Shown here: positions 31,471 through 40,997 of the stretch, piece by piece
Layout: every line of letters begins with the position of its first letter
Numbering within the stretch: the first letter of the stretch is position 1
IMG/VR virus record: IMGVR_UViG_2571042438_000006
Origin: a virus
Taxonomy: Duplodnaviria; Heunggongvirae; Uroviricota; Caudoviricetes
Direction: 5' to 3' (one strand)
DNA length: 40,997 nt
Made by a program: the position numbers and the translations under genes
Notes under the pieces: model-generated
The model's database searches: none
Told to the model about the DNA's origin: nothing
Seen by the model: the letters and a program-made list of their open reading frames with translations, nothing else

Positions 31471-31893
31471 ATGTTCCTGAAAACCGAATCATTTGAACAT
31501 AACGGTGTGACCGTCACGCTTTCTGAACTGTCAGCCCTGCAGCGTATTGAGCATCTCGCCCTGATGAAACGGCAGGCAGAACAGGCGGAGTCAGACAGCA
31601 ACCGGAAGTTTACTGTGGAAGACGCCATCAGAACCGGCGCGTTTCTGGTGGCGATGTCCCTGTGGCATAACCATCCGCAGAAGACAAAGCAGCCTTCCAT
31701 GAATGAAGCCGTTAAACAGATTGAGCAGGAAGTGCTTACCACCTGGCCCACAGAGGCAATTTCTCATGCTGAAAACGTGGTGTACCGGCTGTCTGGTATG
31801 TATGAGTTTGTGGTGAATAATGCCCCTGAACAGGCAGAGGACGCCGGGCCCGCAGAACCTGTTTCTGCGGGAAAGTGTTCGACGGTGAGCTGA
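31471..31893 (+). CDS. G: Tail assembly chaperone G
   Basis: 140 aa, MFLKTESFEHNGVTVTLSELSALQRIEHLALMKRQAEQAESD. Confidence 0.9.
   Translation: MFLKTESFEHNGVTVTLSELSALQRIEHLALMKRQAEQAESDSNRKFTVEDAIRTGAFLVAMSLWHNHPQKTKQPSMNEAVKQIEQEVLTTWPTEAISHAENVVYRLSGMYEFVVNNAPEQAEDAGPAEPVSAGKCSTVS
31869..31875 (+). other. Programmed -1 ribosomal frameshift slippery heptamer G-GGA-AAG generating the G-T fusion
   Basis: GGGAAAG is positioned as X-XXY-YYZ in the G frame near the G stop; the T frame is open from here. Confidence 0.8.
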
Positions 31894-32309
31894 GTTTTGC
31901 CCTGAAACTGGCGCGTGAGATGGGGCGACCCGACTGGCGTGCCATGCTTGCCGGGATGTCATCCACGGAGTATGCCGACTGGCACCGCTTTTACAGTACC
32001 CATTATTTTCATGATGTTCTGCTGGATATGCACTTTTCCGGGCTGACGTACACCGTGCTCAGCCTGTTTTTCAGCGATCCGGATATGCATCCGCTGGATT
32101 TCAGTCTGCTGAACCGGCGCGAGGCTGACGAAGAGCCTGAAGATGATGTGCTGATGCAGAAAGCGGCAGGGCTTGCCGGAGGTGTCCGCTTTGGCCCGGA
32201 CGGGAATGAAGTTATCCCTACTTCCCCGGATGTGGCGGACATGACGGAGGATGACGCAATGCTGATGACAGTATCAGAAGGGATCGCAGGAGGAGTCCGG
32301 TATGGCTGA
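31875..32309 (+). CDS. T: Tail assembly protein T (expressed as a G-T fusion by -1 frameshift)
   Basis: -1 frame ORF overlapping the G 3' end; ...LSFALKLAREMGRPDWRAMLAGMSSTEYADWHRFYSTHYFHD. Confidence 0.85.
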   Translation: MFDGELSFALKLAREMGRPDWRAMLAGMSSTEYADWHRFYSTHYFHDVLLDMHFSGLTYTVLSLFFSDPDMHPLDFSLLNRREADEEPEDDVLMQKAAGLAGGVRFGPDGNEVIPTSPDVADMTEDDAMLMTVSEGIAGGVRYG

Positions 32310-34863
32310 ACCGGTAGGCGATCTGGTCGTTGATTTGAGTCTGGATGCGGCCAGATTTGACGAGCAGATGGCCAGAGTCAGGCGTCATTTTTCCGGTACG
32401 GAAAGTGATGCGAAAAAAACAGCGGCAGTCGTTGAACAGTCGCTGAGCCGACAGGCGCTGGCTGCACAGAAAGCGGGGATTTCCGTCGGGCAGTATAAAG
32501 CTGCCATGCGTATGCTGCCTGCGCAGTTCACTGACGTGGCCACGCAGCTTGCAGGCGGGCAAAGTCCGTGGCTGATCCTGCTGCAACAGGGGGGGCAGGT
32601 GAAGGACTCCTTCGGCGGGATGATCCCCATGTTCAGGGGGCTTGCCGGTGCGATCACCCTGCCGATGGTGGGGGCCACCTCGCTGGCGGTGGCGACCGGT
32701 GCGCTGGCGTATGCCTGGTATCAGGGCAACTCAACCCTGTCCGATTTCAACAAAACGCTGGTCCTTTCCGGTCATCAGTCGGGTCTGACGGCAGATCGTA
32801 TGCTGGTCCTGTCCAGAGCCGGGCAGGCGGCAGGGCTGACGTTTAACCAGACCAGCGAGTCACTCAGCGCACTGGTTAAGGCGGGGGTAAGCGGTGAGGC
32901 TCAGATTGCGTCCATCAGCCAGAGTGTGGCGCGTTTCTCCTCTGCATCCGGCGTGGAGGTGGACAAGGTCGCTGAAGCCTTCGGGAAGCTGACCACAGAC
33001 CCGACGTCGGGGCTGACGGCGATGGCACGCCAGTTCCATAACGTGACGGCGGAGCAGATTGCGTATGTTGCTCAGTTGCAGCGTTCCGGCGATGAAGCCG
33101 GGGCATTGCAGGCGGCGAACGAGGCCGCAACGAAAGGGTTTGATGACCAGACCCGCCGCCTGAAAGAGAACATGGGCACGCTGGAGACCTGGGCAGACAG
33201 GACTGCGCGGGCATTCAAATCCATGTGGGATGCGGTGCTGGATATTGGTCGTCCTGATACCGCGCAGGAGATGCTGATTAAGGCAGAGGCTGCGTTTAAG
33301 AAAGCAGACGACATCTGGAATCTGCGCAAGGATGATTATTTTGTTAACGATGAAGCGCGGGCGCGTTACTGGGATGATCGTGAAAAGGCCCGTCTTGCGC
33401 TTGAAGCCGCCCGAAAGAAGGCTGAGCAGCAGACTCAACAGGACAAAAATGCGCAGCAGCAGAGCGATACCGAAGCGTCACGGCTGAAATATACCGAAGA
33501 GGCGCAGAAGGCTTACGAACGGCTGCAGACGCCGCTGGAGAAATATACCGCCCGTCAGGAAGAACTGAACAAGGCACTGAAAGACGGGAAAATCCTGCAG
33601 GCAGATTACAACACGCTGATGGCGGCGGCGAAAAAGGATTATGAAGCGACGCTGAAAAAGCCGAAACAGTCCGGCGTGAAAGTGTCTGCGGGCGATCGTC
33701 AGGAAGACAGTGCTCATGCTGCCCTGCTGACGCTTCAGGCAGAACTCCGGACGCTGGAGAAGCATGCCGGAGCGAATGAGAAAATCAGCCAGCAGCGCCG
33801 GGATTTGTGGAAGGCAGAAAGTCAGTTCGCGGTACTGGAGGAGGCGGCACAACGTCGCCAGCTGTCCGCACAGGAGAAATCCCTGCTGGCGCATAAAGAT
33901 GAGACGCTGGAGTACAAACGCCAGCTGGCTGCACTTGGCGACAAGGTTACGTATCAGGAGCGCCTGAACGCGCTGGCGCAGCAGGCGGATAAATTCGCAC
34001 AGCAGCAACGGGCAAAACGGGCCGCCATTGATGCGAAAAGCCGGGGGCTGACTGACCGGCAGGCAGAACGGGAAGCCACGGAACAGCGCCTGAAGGAACA
34101 GTATGGCGATAATCCGCTGGCGCTGAATAACGTCATGTCAGAGCAGAAAAAGACCTGGGCGGCTGAAGACCAGCTTCGCGGGAGCTGGATGGCAGGCCTG
34201 AAGTCCGGCTGGAGTGAGTGGGAAGAGAGCGCCACGGACAGTATGTCGCAGGTAAAAAGTGCAGCCACGCAGACCTTTGATGGTATTGCACAGAATATGG
34301 CGGCGATGCTGACCGGCAGTGAGCAGAACTGGCGCAGCTTCACCCGTTCCGTGCTGTCCATGATGACAGAAATTCTGCTTAAGCAGGCAATGGTGGGGAT
34401 TGTCGGGAGTATCGGCAGCGCCATTGGCGGGGCTGTTGGTGGCGGCGCATCCGCGTCAGGCGGTACAGCCATTCAGGCCGCTGCGGCGAAATTCCATTTT
34501 GCAACCGGAGGATTTACGGGAACCGGCGGCAAATATGAGCCAGCGGGGATTGTTCACCGTGGTGAGTTTGTCTTCACGAAGGAGGCAACCAGCCGGATTG
34601 GCGTGGGGAATCTTTACCGGCTGATGCGCGGCTATGCCACCGGCGGTTATGTCGGTACACCGGGCAGCATGGCAGACAGCCGGTCGCAGGCGTCCGGGAC
34701 GTTTGAGCAGAATAACCATGTGGTGATTAACAACGACGGCACGAACGGGCAGATAGGTCCGGCTGCTCTGAAGGCGGTGTATGACATGGCCCGCAAGGGT
34801 GCCCGTGATGAAATTCAGACACAGATGCGTGATGGTGGTCTGTTCTCCGGAGGTGGACGATGA
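32302..34863 (+). CDS. H: Tail tape-measure protein H
   Basis: 853 aa, MAEPVGDLVVDLSLDAARFDEQMARVRRHFSG...; Ala/Gln-rich coiled-coil body. Confidence 0.95.
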   Translation: MAEPVGDLVVDLSLDAARFDEQMARVRRHFSGTESDAKKTAAVVEQSLSRQALAAQKAGISVGQYKAAMRMLPAQFTDVATQLAGGQSPWLILLQQGGQVKDSFGGMIPMFRGLAGAITLPMVGATSLAVATGALAYAWYQGNSTLSDFNKTLVLSGHQSGLTADRMLVLSRAGQAAGLTFNQTSESLSALVKAGVSGEAQIASISQSVARFSSASGVEVDKVAEAFGKLTTDPTSGLTAMARQFHNVTAEQIAYVAQLQRSGDEAGALQAANEAATKGFDDQTRRLKENMGTLETWADRTARAFKSMWDAVLDIGRPDTAQEMLIKAEAAFKKADDIWNLRKDDYFVNDEARARYWDDREKARLALEAARKKAEQQTQQDKNAQQQSDTEASRLKYTEEAQKAYERLQTPLEKYTARQEELNKALKDGKILQADYNTLMAAAKKDYEATLKKPKQSGVKVSAGDRQEDSAHAALLTLQAELRTLEKHAGANEKISQQRRDLWKAESQFAVLEEAAQRRQLSAQEKSLLAHKDETLEYKRQLAALGDKVTYQERLNALAQQADKFAQQQRAKRAAIDAKSRGLTDRQAEREATEQRLKEQYGDNPLALNNVMSEQKKTWAAEDQLRGSWMAGLKSGWSEWEESATDSMSQVKSAATQTFDGIAQNMAAMLTGSEQNWRSFTRSVLSMMTEILLKQAMVGIVGSIGSAIGGAVGGGASASGGTAIQAAAAKFHFATGGFTGTGGKYEPAGIVHRGEFVFTKEATSRIGVGNLYRLMRGYATGGYVGTPGSMADSRSQASGTFEQNNHVVINNDGTNGQIGPAALKAVYDMARKGARDEIQTQMRDGGLFSGGGR

Positions 34864-35189
34864 AAACCTTCCGCTGGAAAGTGAAACCCGGTATGGATGT
34901 GGCTTCGGCCCCTTCTGTAAGAAAGGTGCGCTTTGGTGATGGCTGTTCCCAGCGAGCGCCTGCCGGGCTGAATGCCAACCTGAAAACGTACAGCGTGACG
35001 CTTTCTGTCCCCCGTGAGGAGGCCACGGTACTGGAGTCGTTTCTGGAAGAGCACGGGGGCTGGAAAGCCTTTCTGTGGACGCCGCCTTATGAGTGGCGGC
35101 AGATAAAGGTGACCTGCGCAAAATGGTCGTCGCGGGTCAGTATGCTGCGTGTTGAGTTCAGCGCAGAGTTTGAACAGGTGGTGAACTGA
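34860..35189 (+). CDS. M: Tail tip protein M
   Basis: 109 aa, MKTFRWKVKPGMDVASAPSVRKVRFGDG. Confidence 0.9.
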   Translation: MKTFRWKVKPGMDVASAPSVRKVRFGDGCSQRAPAGLNANLKTYSVTLSVPREEATVLESFLEEHGGWKAFLWTPPYEWRQIKVTCAKWSSRVSMLRVEFSAEFEQVVN

Positions 35190-35887
35190 TGCAGGATATC
35201 CGGCAGGAAACACTGAATGAATGCACCCGTGCGGAGCAGTCGGCCAGCGTGGTGCTCTGGGAAATCGACCTGACAGAGGTCGGTGGAGAACGTTATTTTT
35301 TCTGTAATGAGCAGAACGAAAAAGGTGAGCCGGTCACCTGGCAGGGGCGACAGTATCAGCCGTATCCCATTCAGGGGAGCGGTTTTGAACTGAATGGCAA
35401 AGGCACCAGTACGCGCCCCACGCTGACGGTTTCTAACCTGTACGGTATGGTCACCGGGATGGCGGAAGATATGCAGAGTCTGGTCGGCGGAACGGTGGTC
35501 CGGCGTAAGGTTTACGCCCGTTTTCTGGATGCGGTGAACTTCGTCAACGGAAACAGTTATGCCGATCCGGAGCAGGAGGTGATCAGCCGCTGGCGCATTG
35601 AGCAGTGCAGCGAACTGAGCGCGGTGAGTGCCTCCTTTGTACTGTCCACGCCGACGGAAACGGATGGCGCTGTTTTTCCGGGACGTATCATGCTGGCCAA
35701 CACCTGCACCTGGACCTATCGCGGTGACGAGTGCGGTTATAGCGGTCCGGCGGTCGCGGATGAATATGACCAGCCAACGTCCGATATCACGAAGGATAAA
35801 TGCAGCAAATGCCTGAGCGGTTGTAAGTTCCGCAATAACGTCGGCAACTTTGGCGGCTTCCTTTCCATTAACAAACTTTCGCAGTAA
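35189..35887 (+). CDS. L: Tail tip protein L
   Basis: 232 aa, MQDIRQETLNECTRAEQSASVVLWEIDLTEVGGERYFFCNEQ; C-terminal Cys cluster. Confidence 0.9.
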   Translation: MQDIRQETLNECTRAEQSASVVLWEIDLTEVGGERYFFCNEQNEKGEPVTWQGRQYQPYPIQGSGFELNGKGTSTRPTLTVSNLYGMVTGMAEDMQSLVGGTVVRRKVYARFLDAVNFVNGNSYADPEQEVISRWRIEQCSELSAVSASFVLSTPTETDGAVFPGRIMLANTCTWTYRGDECGYSGPAVADEYDQPTSDITKDKCSKCLSGCKFRNNVGNFGGFLSINKLSQ

Positions 35888-35892
35888 ATCCC

Positions 35893-36636
35893 ATGACACA
35901 GACAGAATCAGCGATTCTGGCGCACGCCCGGCGATGTGCGCCAGCGGAGTCGTGCGGCTTCGTGGTAAGCACGCCGGAGGGGGAAAGATATTTCCCCTGC
36001 GTGAATATCTCCGGTGAGCCGGAGGCGTATTTCCGTATGTCGCCGGAAGACTGGCTGCAGGCAGAAATGCAGGGTGAGATTGTGGCGCTGGTCCACAGCC
36101 ACCCCGGTGGTCTGCCCTGGCTGAGTGAGGCCGACCGGCGGCTGCAGGTGCAGAGTGATTTGCCGTGGTGGCTGGTCTGCCGGGGGACGATTCATAAGTT
36201 CCGCTGTGTGCCGCATCTCACCGGGCGGCGCTTTGAGCACGGTGTGACGGACTGTTACACACTGTTCCGGGATGCTTATCATCTGGCGGGGATTGAGATG
36301 CCGGACTTTCATCGTGAGGATGACTGGTGGCGTAACGGCCAGAATCTCTATCTGGATAATCTGGAGGCGACGGGGCTGTATCAGGTGCCGTTGTCAGCGG
36401 CACAGCCGGGCGATGTGCTGCTGTGCTGTTTTGGTTCATCGGTGCCGAATCACGCCGCAATTTACTGCGGCGACGGCGAGCTGCTGCACCATATTCCTGA
36501 ACAACTGAGCAAACGAGAGAGGTACACCGACAAATGGCAGCGACGCACACACTCCCTCTGGCGTCACCGGGCATGGCGCGCATCTGCCTTTACGGGGATT
36601 TGCAACGATTTGGCCGCCGCATCGACCTTCGTGTGA
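35893..36636 (+). CDS. K: Tail tip assembly protein K (NlpC/P60 and JAB/MPN-like); the ORF runs about 100 nt into I, so the true end is uncertain
   Basis: MTQTESAILAHARRCAPAESCGFVVSTPEGERYFPC...HSHPGG metalloprotease-like motif. Confidence 0.85.
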   Translation: MTQTESAILAHARRCAPAESCGFVVSTPEGERYFPCVNISGEPEAYFRMSPEDWLQAEMQGEIVALVHSHPGGLPWLSEADRRLQVQSDLPWWLVCRGTIHKFRCVPHLTGRRFEHGVTDCYTLFRDAYHLAGIEMPDFHREDDWWRNGQNLYLDNLEATGLYQVPLSAAQPGDVLLCCFGSSVPNHAAIYCGDGELLHHIPEQLSKRERYTDKWQRRTHSLWRHRAWRASAFTGICNDLAAASTFV

Positions 36637-37205
36637 AAACGGGGGCTGAAGCCATCCGCGCACTGGCCACACAGCTCCCGGCGTTTCGTCAGAAACTGAG
36701 CGACGGCTGGTATCAGGTACGGATTGCCGGGCGGGACGTCAGCACGTCCGGGTTAACGGCGCAGTTACATGAGACTCTGCCTGATGGCGCTGTGATTCAT
36801 ATTGTTCCCAGAGTCGCCGGGGCCAAGTCAGGTGGCGTATTCCAGATTGTCCTGGGAGCAGCCGCCATTGCCGGATCATTCTTTACTGCCGGAGCCACCC
36901 TTGCAGCATGGGGGGCAGCCATTGGGGCCGGTGGTATGACCGGCATCCTGTTTTCTCTCGGTGCCAGTATGGTGCTCGGTGGTGTGGCGCAGATGCTGGC
37001 ACCGAAAGCCAGAACTCCCCGTACACAGACAACGGATAACGGCAAACAGAACACCTATTTCTCCTCACTGGATAACATGGTTGCCCAGGGCAATGTTCTG
37101 CCTGTTCTGTACGGTGAAATGCGCGTGGGGTCACGCGTGGTTTCTCAGGAGATCAGCACGGCAGACGAAGGGGATGGTGGTCAGGTTGTGGTGATTGGTC
37201 GCTGA
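36534..37205 (+). CDS. I: Tail tip assembly protein I
   Basis: 223 aa, MAATHTLPLASPGMARICLYGDLQRFGRRIDLRVKTGAEAIRALA; ubiquitin-like N-terminus and Gly/Ala-rich hydrophobic C-terminus. Confidence 0.9.
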   Translation: MAATHTLPLASPGMARICLYGDLQRFGRRIDLRVKTGAEAIRALATQLPAFRQKLSDGWYQVRIAGRDVSTSGLTAQLHETLPDGAVIHIVPRVAGAKSGGVFQIVLGAAAIAGSFFTAGATLAAWGAAIGAGGMTGILFSLGASMVLGGVAQMLAPKARTPRTQTTDNGKQNTYFSSLDNMVAQGNVLPVLYGEMRVGSRVVSQEISTADEGDGGQVVVIGR

Positions 37206-37265
37206 TGCAAAATGTTTTATGTGAAACCGCCTGCGGGCGGTTTTGTCGTTTATGGAGCGTGAGGA

Positions 37266-40200
37266 ATGGGTAAAGGCAGCAGTAAGGGGCATACCCCGCG
37301 CGAAGCGAAGGACAACCTGAAGTCCACGCAGCTGCTGAGTGTGATCGATGCCATCAGCGAAGGGCCGGTTGAAGGTCCGGTGGACGGATTAAAAAGCGTG
37401 CTGCTGAACAGTACGCCGGTGCTGGACAGTGAGGGGAATACCAATATCTCCGGCGTCACGGTGGTGTTCCGGACCGGTGAGCAGGAGCAGTCACCGCCGG
37501 AGGGATTTGAATCCTCCGGCTCCGAGACGGTGCTGGGTACGGAAGTGAAATATGACACGCCGATCACCCGGACCATCACGTCGGCAAACATCGACCGTCT
37601 GCGCTTTACCTTCGGTGTACAGGCACTGGTGGAAACCACCTCAAAGGGGGACCGGAATCCGTCGGAAGTCCGCCTGCTGGTTCAGATACAGCGTAATGGT
37701 GGCTGGGTGACGGAAAAAGACATCACCATTAAGGGCAAAACCACCTCGCAGTATCTGGCCTCGGTGGTGGTGGATAACCTGCCGCCGCGCCCGTTCAATA
37801 TCCGGATGCGCAGGATGACGCCGGACAGCACCACAGACCAGCTGCAGAACAAAACGCTCTGGTCGTCATACACCGAAATCATCGATGTGAAACAGTGCTA
37901 CCCGAACACGGCACTGGTCGGCGTACAGGTGGATTCGGAGCAGTTCGGCAGCCAGCAGGTGAGCCGTAATTATCATCTGCGCGGGCGTATTCTGCAGGTG
38001 CCGTCGAACTATAACCCGCAGACTCGGCAATACAGCGGTATCTGGGACGGAACGTTTAAGCCAGCATACAGCAATAACATGGCCTGGTGTCTGTGGGATA
38101 TGCTGACCCATCCACGCTACGGCATGGGGAAACGTCTTGGTGCGGCGGATGTGGACAAATGGGCGCTGTATGTCATCGGCCAGTACTGCGACCAGTCAGT
38201 GCCGGACGGCTTTGGCGGCACGGAGCCGCGCATCACCTGTAATGCGTACCTGACCACACAGCGCAAGGCGTGGGATGTGCTCAGTGATTTCTGCTCGGCG
38301 ATGCGCTGTATGCCGGTATGGAACGGGCAGACGCTGACGTTCGTGCAGGACCGACCGTCGGATAAGGTGTGGACCTATAACCGCAGTAATGTGGTGATGC
38401 CGGATGATGGCGCGCCGTTCCGCTACAGCTTCAGCGCCCTGAAGGACCGCCATAATGCCGTTGAGGTGAACTGGATTGACCCGGACAACGGCTGGGAGAC
38501 GGCGACAGAGCTTGTTGAAGATACGCAGGCCATTGCCCGTTACGGTCGTAATGTCACGAAGATGGATGCCTTTGGCTGTACCAGCCGGGGGCAGGCACAC
38601 CGCGCCGGGCTGTGGCTGATTAAAACGGAACTGCTGGAGACGCAGACCGTGGATTTCAGCGTGGGTGCTGAAGGGCTTCGCCATGTACCGGGCGATGTCA
38701 TTGAAATCTGCGATGATGACTATGTCGGTATCAGCACCGGTGGTCGCGTGCTGGCGGTGAACAGCCAGACCCGGACGCTGACGCTCGACCGTGAAATCAC
38801 GCTGCCATCCTCCGGTACCACGCTGATAAGCCTGGTTGACGGAAGTGGTAATCCGGTCAGCGTGGAGGTTCAGTCCGTCACCGACGGACTTAAGGTGAAA
38901 GTGAACCGGGTTCCTGACGGCGTTGCAGAATACAGTGTGTGGGGGCTGAAGCTGCCGACGCTGCGCCAGCGCCTGTTCCGCTGTGTGAGTATCCGTGAGA
39001 ACGACGACGGCACGTATGCCATCACCGCCGTGCAGCATGTGCCGGAAAAAGAGGCCATCGTGGATAACGGGGCGCACTTTGACGGCGACCAGAGCGGCAC
39101 GGTGAATGGTGTCACGCCGCCAGCGGTGCAGCACCTGACTGCCGAAGTCACCGCAGACAGCGGGGAATATCAGGTGCTGGCGCGCTGGGACACACCGAAG
39201 GTGGTGAAGGGCGTGAGCTTCCTGCTCCGTCTGACCGTAACAGCGGACGACGGCAGTGAGCGGCTGGTCAGCACGGCCCGGACGACGGAAACCACATACC
39301 GCTTCACACAACTGGCGTTGGGGAACTACAGGCTGACAGTCCGGGCGGTAAATGCGTGGGGACAGCAGGGCGATCCGGCATCGGTATCGTTCCGGATTGC
39401 CGCACCGGCAGCGCCGTCTCGGATTGAGCTGACACCGGGCTATTTTCAGATAACCGCCACGCCGCATCTTGCGGTTTATGACCCGACGGTACAGTTTGAG
39501 TTCTGGTTCTCGGAAAAACGGATTGCGGATATCAGGCAGGTTGAAACCAGCGCGCGTTATCTTGGTACGGCACTGTACTGGATAGCCGCCAGTATCAATA
39601 TCAAACCGGGCCATGATTATTACTTTTATATCCGCAGTGTGAATACTGTTGGCAAATCGGCATTCGTGGAGGCTATCGGTCGGGCGAGCGATGATGCGGA
39701 AGGTTACCTGGATTTTTTCAAAGGAGAGATAGGGAAAACACATCTGGCTCAGGAGCTGTGGACGCAGATTGATAACGGTCAGCTTGCGCCTGACCTGGCT
39801 GAAATCAGGACGTCCATTACGGATGTCAGCAATGAAATCACGCAGACTGTCAATAAGAAACTGGAAGACCAGAGTGCGGCGATCCAGCAGATACAGAAGG
39901 TTCAGGTTGATACAAATAATAACCTGAACAGCATGTGGGCTGTGAAGCTGCAGCAGATGCAGGACGGACGCCTTTATATCGCGGGTATTGGTGCCGGTAT
40001 TGAGAACACCCCTGACGGCATGCAGAGTCAGGTGCTGCTGGCGGCGGACAGGATTGCGATGGTTAATCCTGCGAATGGCAACACAAAGCCGATGTTTGTT
40101 GGTCAGGGCGATCAGATATTCATGAACGAAGTGTTCCTGAAATATCTGACGGCTCCCACCATTACCAGCGGCGGTAATCCTCCGGCATTTTCCCTGACAC

Positions 40201-40745
40201 CGGACGGGCGGCTGACGGCGAAAAATGCCGATATCAGCGGTAACGTGAATGCGAACTCCGGGACGCTCAACAACGTCACGATTAACGAGAACTGCCGGGT
40301 TCTGGGAAAACTGTCCGCGAACCAGATTGAAGGCGATCTCGTTAAAACGGTGGGCAAAGCTTTCCCCCGGGACTCCCGTGCACCGGAGCGGTGGCCATCA
40401 GGAACCATTACCGTCAGGGTTTATGACGATCAGCCGTTTGACCGGCAAATTGTTATCCCGGCGGTGGCATTCAGTGGCGCTAAACATGAGCAAGATCATA
40501 CTGATATCTACTCCTCATGCCGTCTGATAGTACGAAAAAACGGTGCTGAAATTTATAACCGAACGGCTCTGGATAATACGCTGATATATACGGGTGTTAT
40601 TGATATGCCTGCAGGCAGTGGTGTCATGACACTGGAATTTTCTGTATCGGCATGGCTGGTAAATGGCTGGTATCCCACAGCAAGTATCAGCGATTTGCTG
40701 GTTGTGGTGATGAAGAAAGCCACCGCAGGCATCAGTATCAGCTGA
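37266..40745 (+). CDS. J: Central tail fibre/host-specificity protein J, with a C-terminal receptor-binding region that differs from lambda J
   Basis: 1159 aa; the first roughly 950 residues track lambda J ([41 protein letters not shown]...); from about residue 960 the sequence departs from lambda J as I recall it. Confidence 0.9.
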   Translation: MGKGSSKGHTPREAKDNLKSTQLLSVIDAISEGPVEGPVDGLKSVLLNSTPVLDSEGNTNISGVTVVFRTGEQEQSPPEGFESSGSETVLGTEVKYDTPITRTITSANIDRLRFTFGVQALVETTSKGDRNPSEVRLLVQIQRNGGWVTEKDITIKGKTTSQYLASVVVDNLPPRPFNIRMRRMTPDSTTDQLQNKTLWSSYTEIIDVKQCYPNTALVGVQVDSEQFGSQQVSRNYHLRGRILQVPSNYNPQTRQYSGIWDGTFKPAYSNNMAWCLWDMLTHPRYGMGKRLGAADVDKWALYVIGQYCDQSVPDGFGGTEPRITCNAYLTTQRKAWDVLSDFCSAMRCMPVWNGQTLTFVQDRPSDKVWTYNRSNVVMPDDGAPFRYSFSALKDRHNAVEVNWIDPDNGWETATELVEDTQAIARYGRNVTKMDAFGCTSRGQAHRAGLWLIKTELLETQTVDFSVGAEGLRHVPGDVIEICDDDYVGISTGGRVLAVNSQTRTLTLDREITLPSSGTTLISLVDGSGNPVSVEVQSVTDGLKVKVNRVPDGVAEYSVWGLKLPTLRQRLFRCVSIRENDDGTYAITAVQHVPEKEAIVDNGAHFDGDQSGTVNGVTPPAVQHLTAEVTADSGEYQVLARWDTPKVVKGVSFLLRLTVTADDGSERLVSTARTTETTYRFTQLALGNYRLTVRAVNAWGQQGDPASVSFRIAAPAAPSRIELTPGYFQITATPHLAVYDPTVQFEFWFSEKRIADIRQVETSARYLGTALYWIAASINIKPGHDYYFYIRSVNTVGKSAFVEAIGRASDDAEGYLDFFKGEIGKTHLAQELWTQIDNGQLAPDLAEIRTSITDVSNEITQTVNKKLEDQSAAIQQIQKVQVDTNNNLNSMWAVKLQQMQDGRLYIAGIGAGIENTPDGMQSQVLLAADRIAMVNPANGNTKPMFVGQGDQIFMNEVFLKYLTAPTITSGGNPPAFSLTPDGRLTAKNADISGNVNANSGTLNNVTINENCRVLGKLSANQIEGDLVKTVGKAFPRDSRAPERWPSGTITVRVYDDQPFDRQIVIPAVAFSGAKHEQDHTDIYSSCRLIVRKNGAEIYNRTALDNTLIYTGVIDMPAGSGVMTLEFSVSAWLVNGWYPTASISDLLVVVMKKATAGISIS

Positions 40746-40764
40746 ATTTTATAACCCCAATATG

Positions 40765-40788
40765 GGCGTCAGAAATGACGCCTTTTTT
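40765..40788 (+). terminator. Rho-independent terminator after J
   Basis: GGCGTCA-GAAA-TGACGCC followed by TTTTTT. Confidence 0.6.
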
Positions 40789-40812
40789 ATTGCAGAAAAG
40801 CGAGAGGTAATT

Positions 40813-40997
40813 ATGCGTAAATTATGTGCTGTTATTCTGTCCGCAGTAGTCTGGCTGGTTGCCGCTGGTACGCCAGCGAGCGCAGCAGAGCATCAGTCCA
40901 CACTAAGCGCCGGGTATCTTCAGACCCATACTGATATGCCAGGCAGTGATGACCTGAAGGGCATTAACGTGAAATACCGTTATGAATTTACGGACAC
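40813..40997 (+). CDS. lom: Lom-family outer-membrane protein (Ail/Lom/PagC beta-barrel), 3'-partial at the window edge
   Basis: My translation: MRKLCAVILSAVVWLVAAGTPASAAEHQSTLSAGYLQTHTDMPGSDDLKGINVKYRYEFTD..., signal peptide plus Lom N-terminus. Confidence 0.8.
   Translation, partial: MRKLCAVILSAVVWLVAAGTPASAAEHQSTLSAGYLQTHTDMPGSDDLKGINVKYRYEFTD

Noticed and set aside
32860-34472. Several 90-190-aa ORFs on the minus strand and in alternative plus frames
   Set aside because: All are nested within the tape-measure gene H, whose sense frame has continuous lambda H homology; low-complexity artefacts of the Ala/Gln-rich repeats.
38196-39743. 515-aa minus-strand ORF
   Set aside because: Lies entirely antisense to J, whose sense frame has clear lambda J homology; its product is Arg/Pro/Cys-rich, typical of spurious antisense ORFs in GC-rich coding DNA.

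Overview
The window is the left end and most of the body of a lambdoid prophage integrated at a tRNA-Arg (UCU) gene next to a fimbrial/fimZ locus, in an E. coli-like chromosome, the same site used by the DLP12 prophage of E. coli K-12. Order, left to right: IS2 fragment truncating a fimbrial subunit gene; fimZ-like regulator; tRNA-Arg with the presumed attL; integrase and excisionase; lambda-type Red recombination genes (exo, bet, gam); a non-lambda immunity region (LexA-like CI repressor, Cro, YdaT-like protein, operators built on GTTGTT/AACAAC motifs); lambda-type replication genes O (with ori iterons), P and ren; an AT-rich cargo block (emrE, large serine recombinase, two unknown small ORFs flanking a 460-nt ORF-free segment); nin-region genes (ybcN, ninE, ybcO, rusA, ylcG); Q antiterminator with a downstream terminator; a second cargo block (Blc-like lipocalin, YbgA/DUF1722-type protein, AraC-family regulator); phage-21-type lysis cassette (pinholin, SAR endolysin, Rz with embedded Rz1); ybcV/ylcI-like genes; cos; and an almost lambda-identical morphogenesis module from Nu1 to J, followed by the start of lom. 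The portal gene B carries a 1-nt frameshift, and no convincing N antiterminator gene is visible. Protein identifications rest on my recollection of lambda and K-12 protein sequences, not on a database search. The most likely places for something undescribed are the two cargo blocks and the N-less early-left region.
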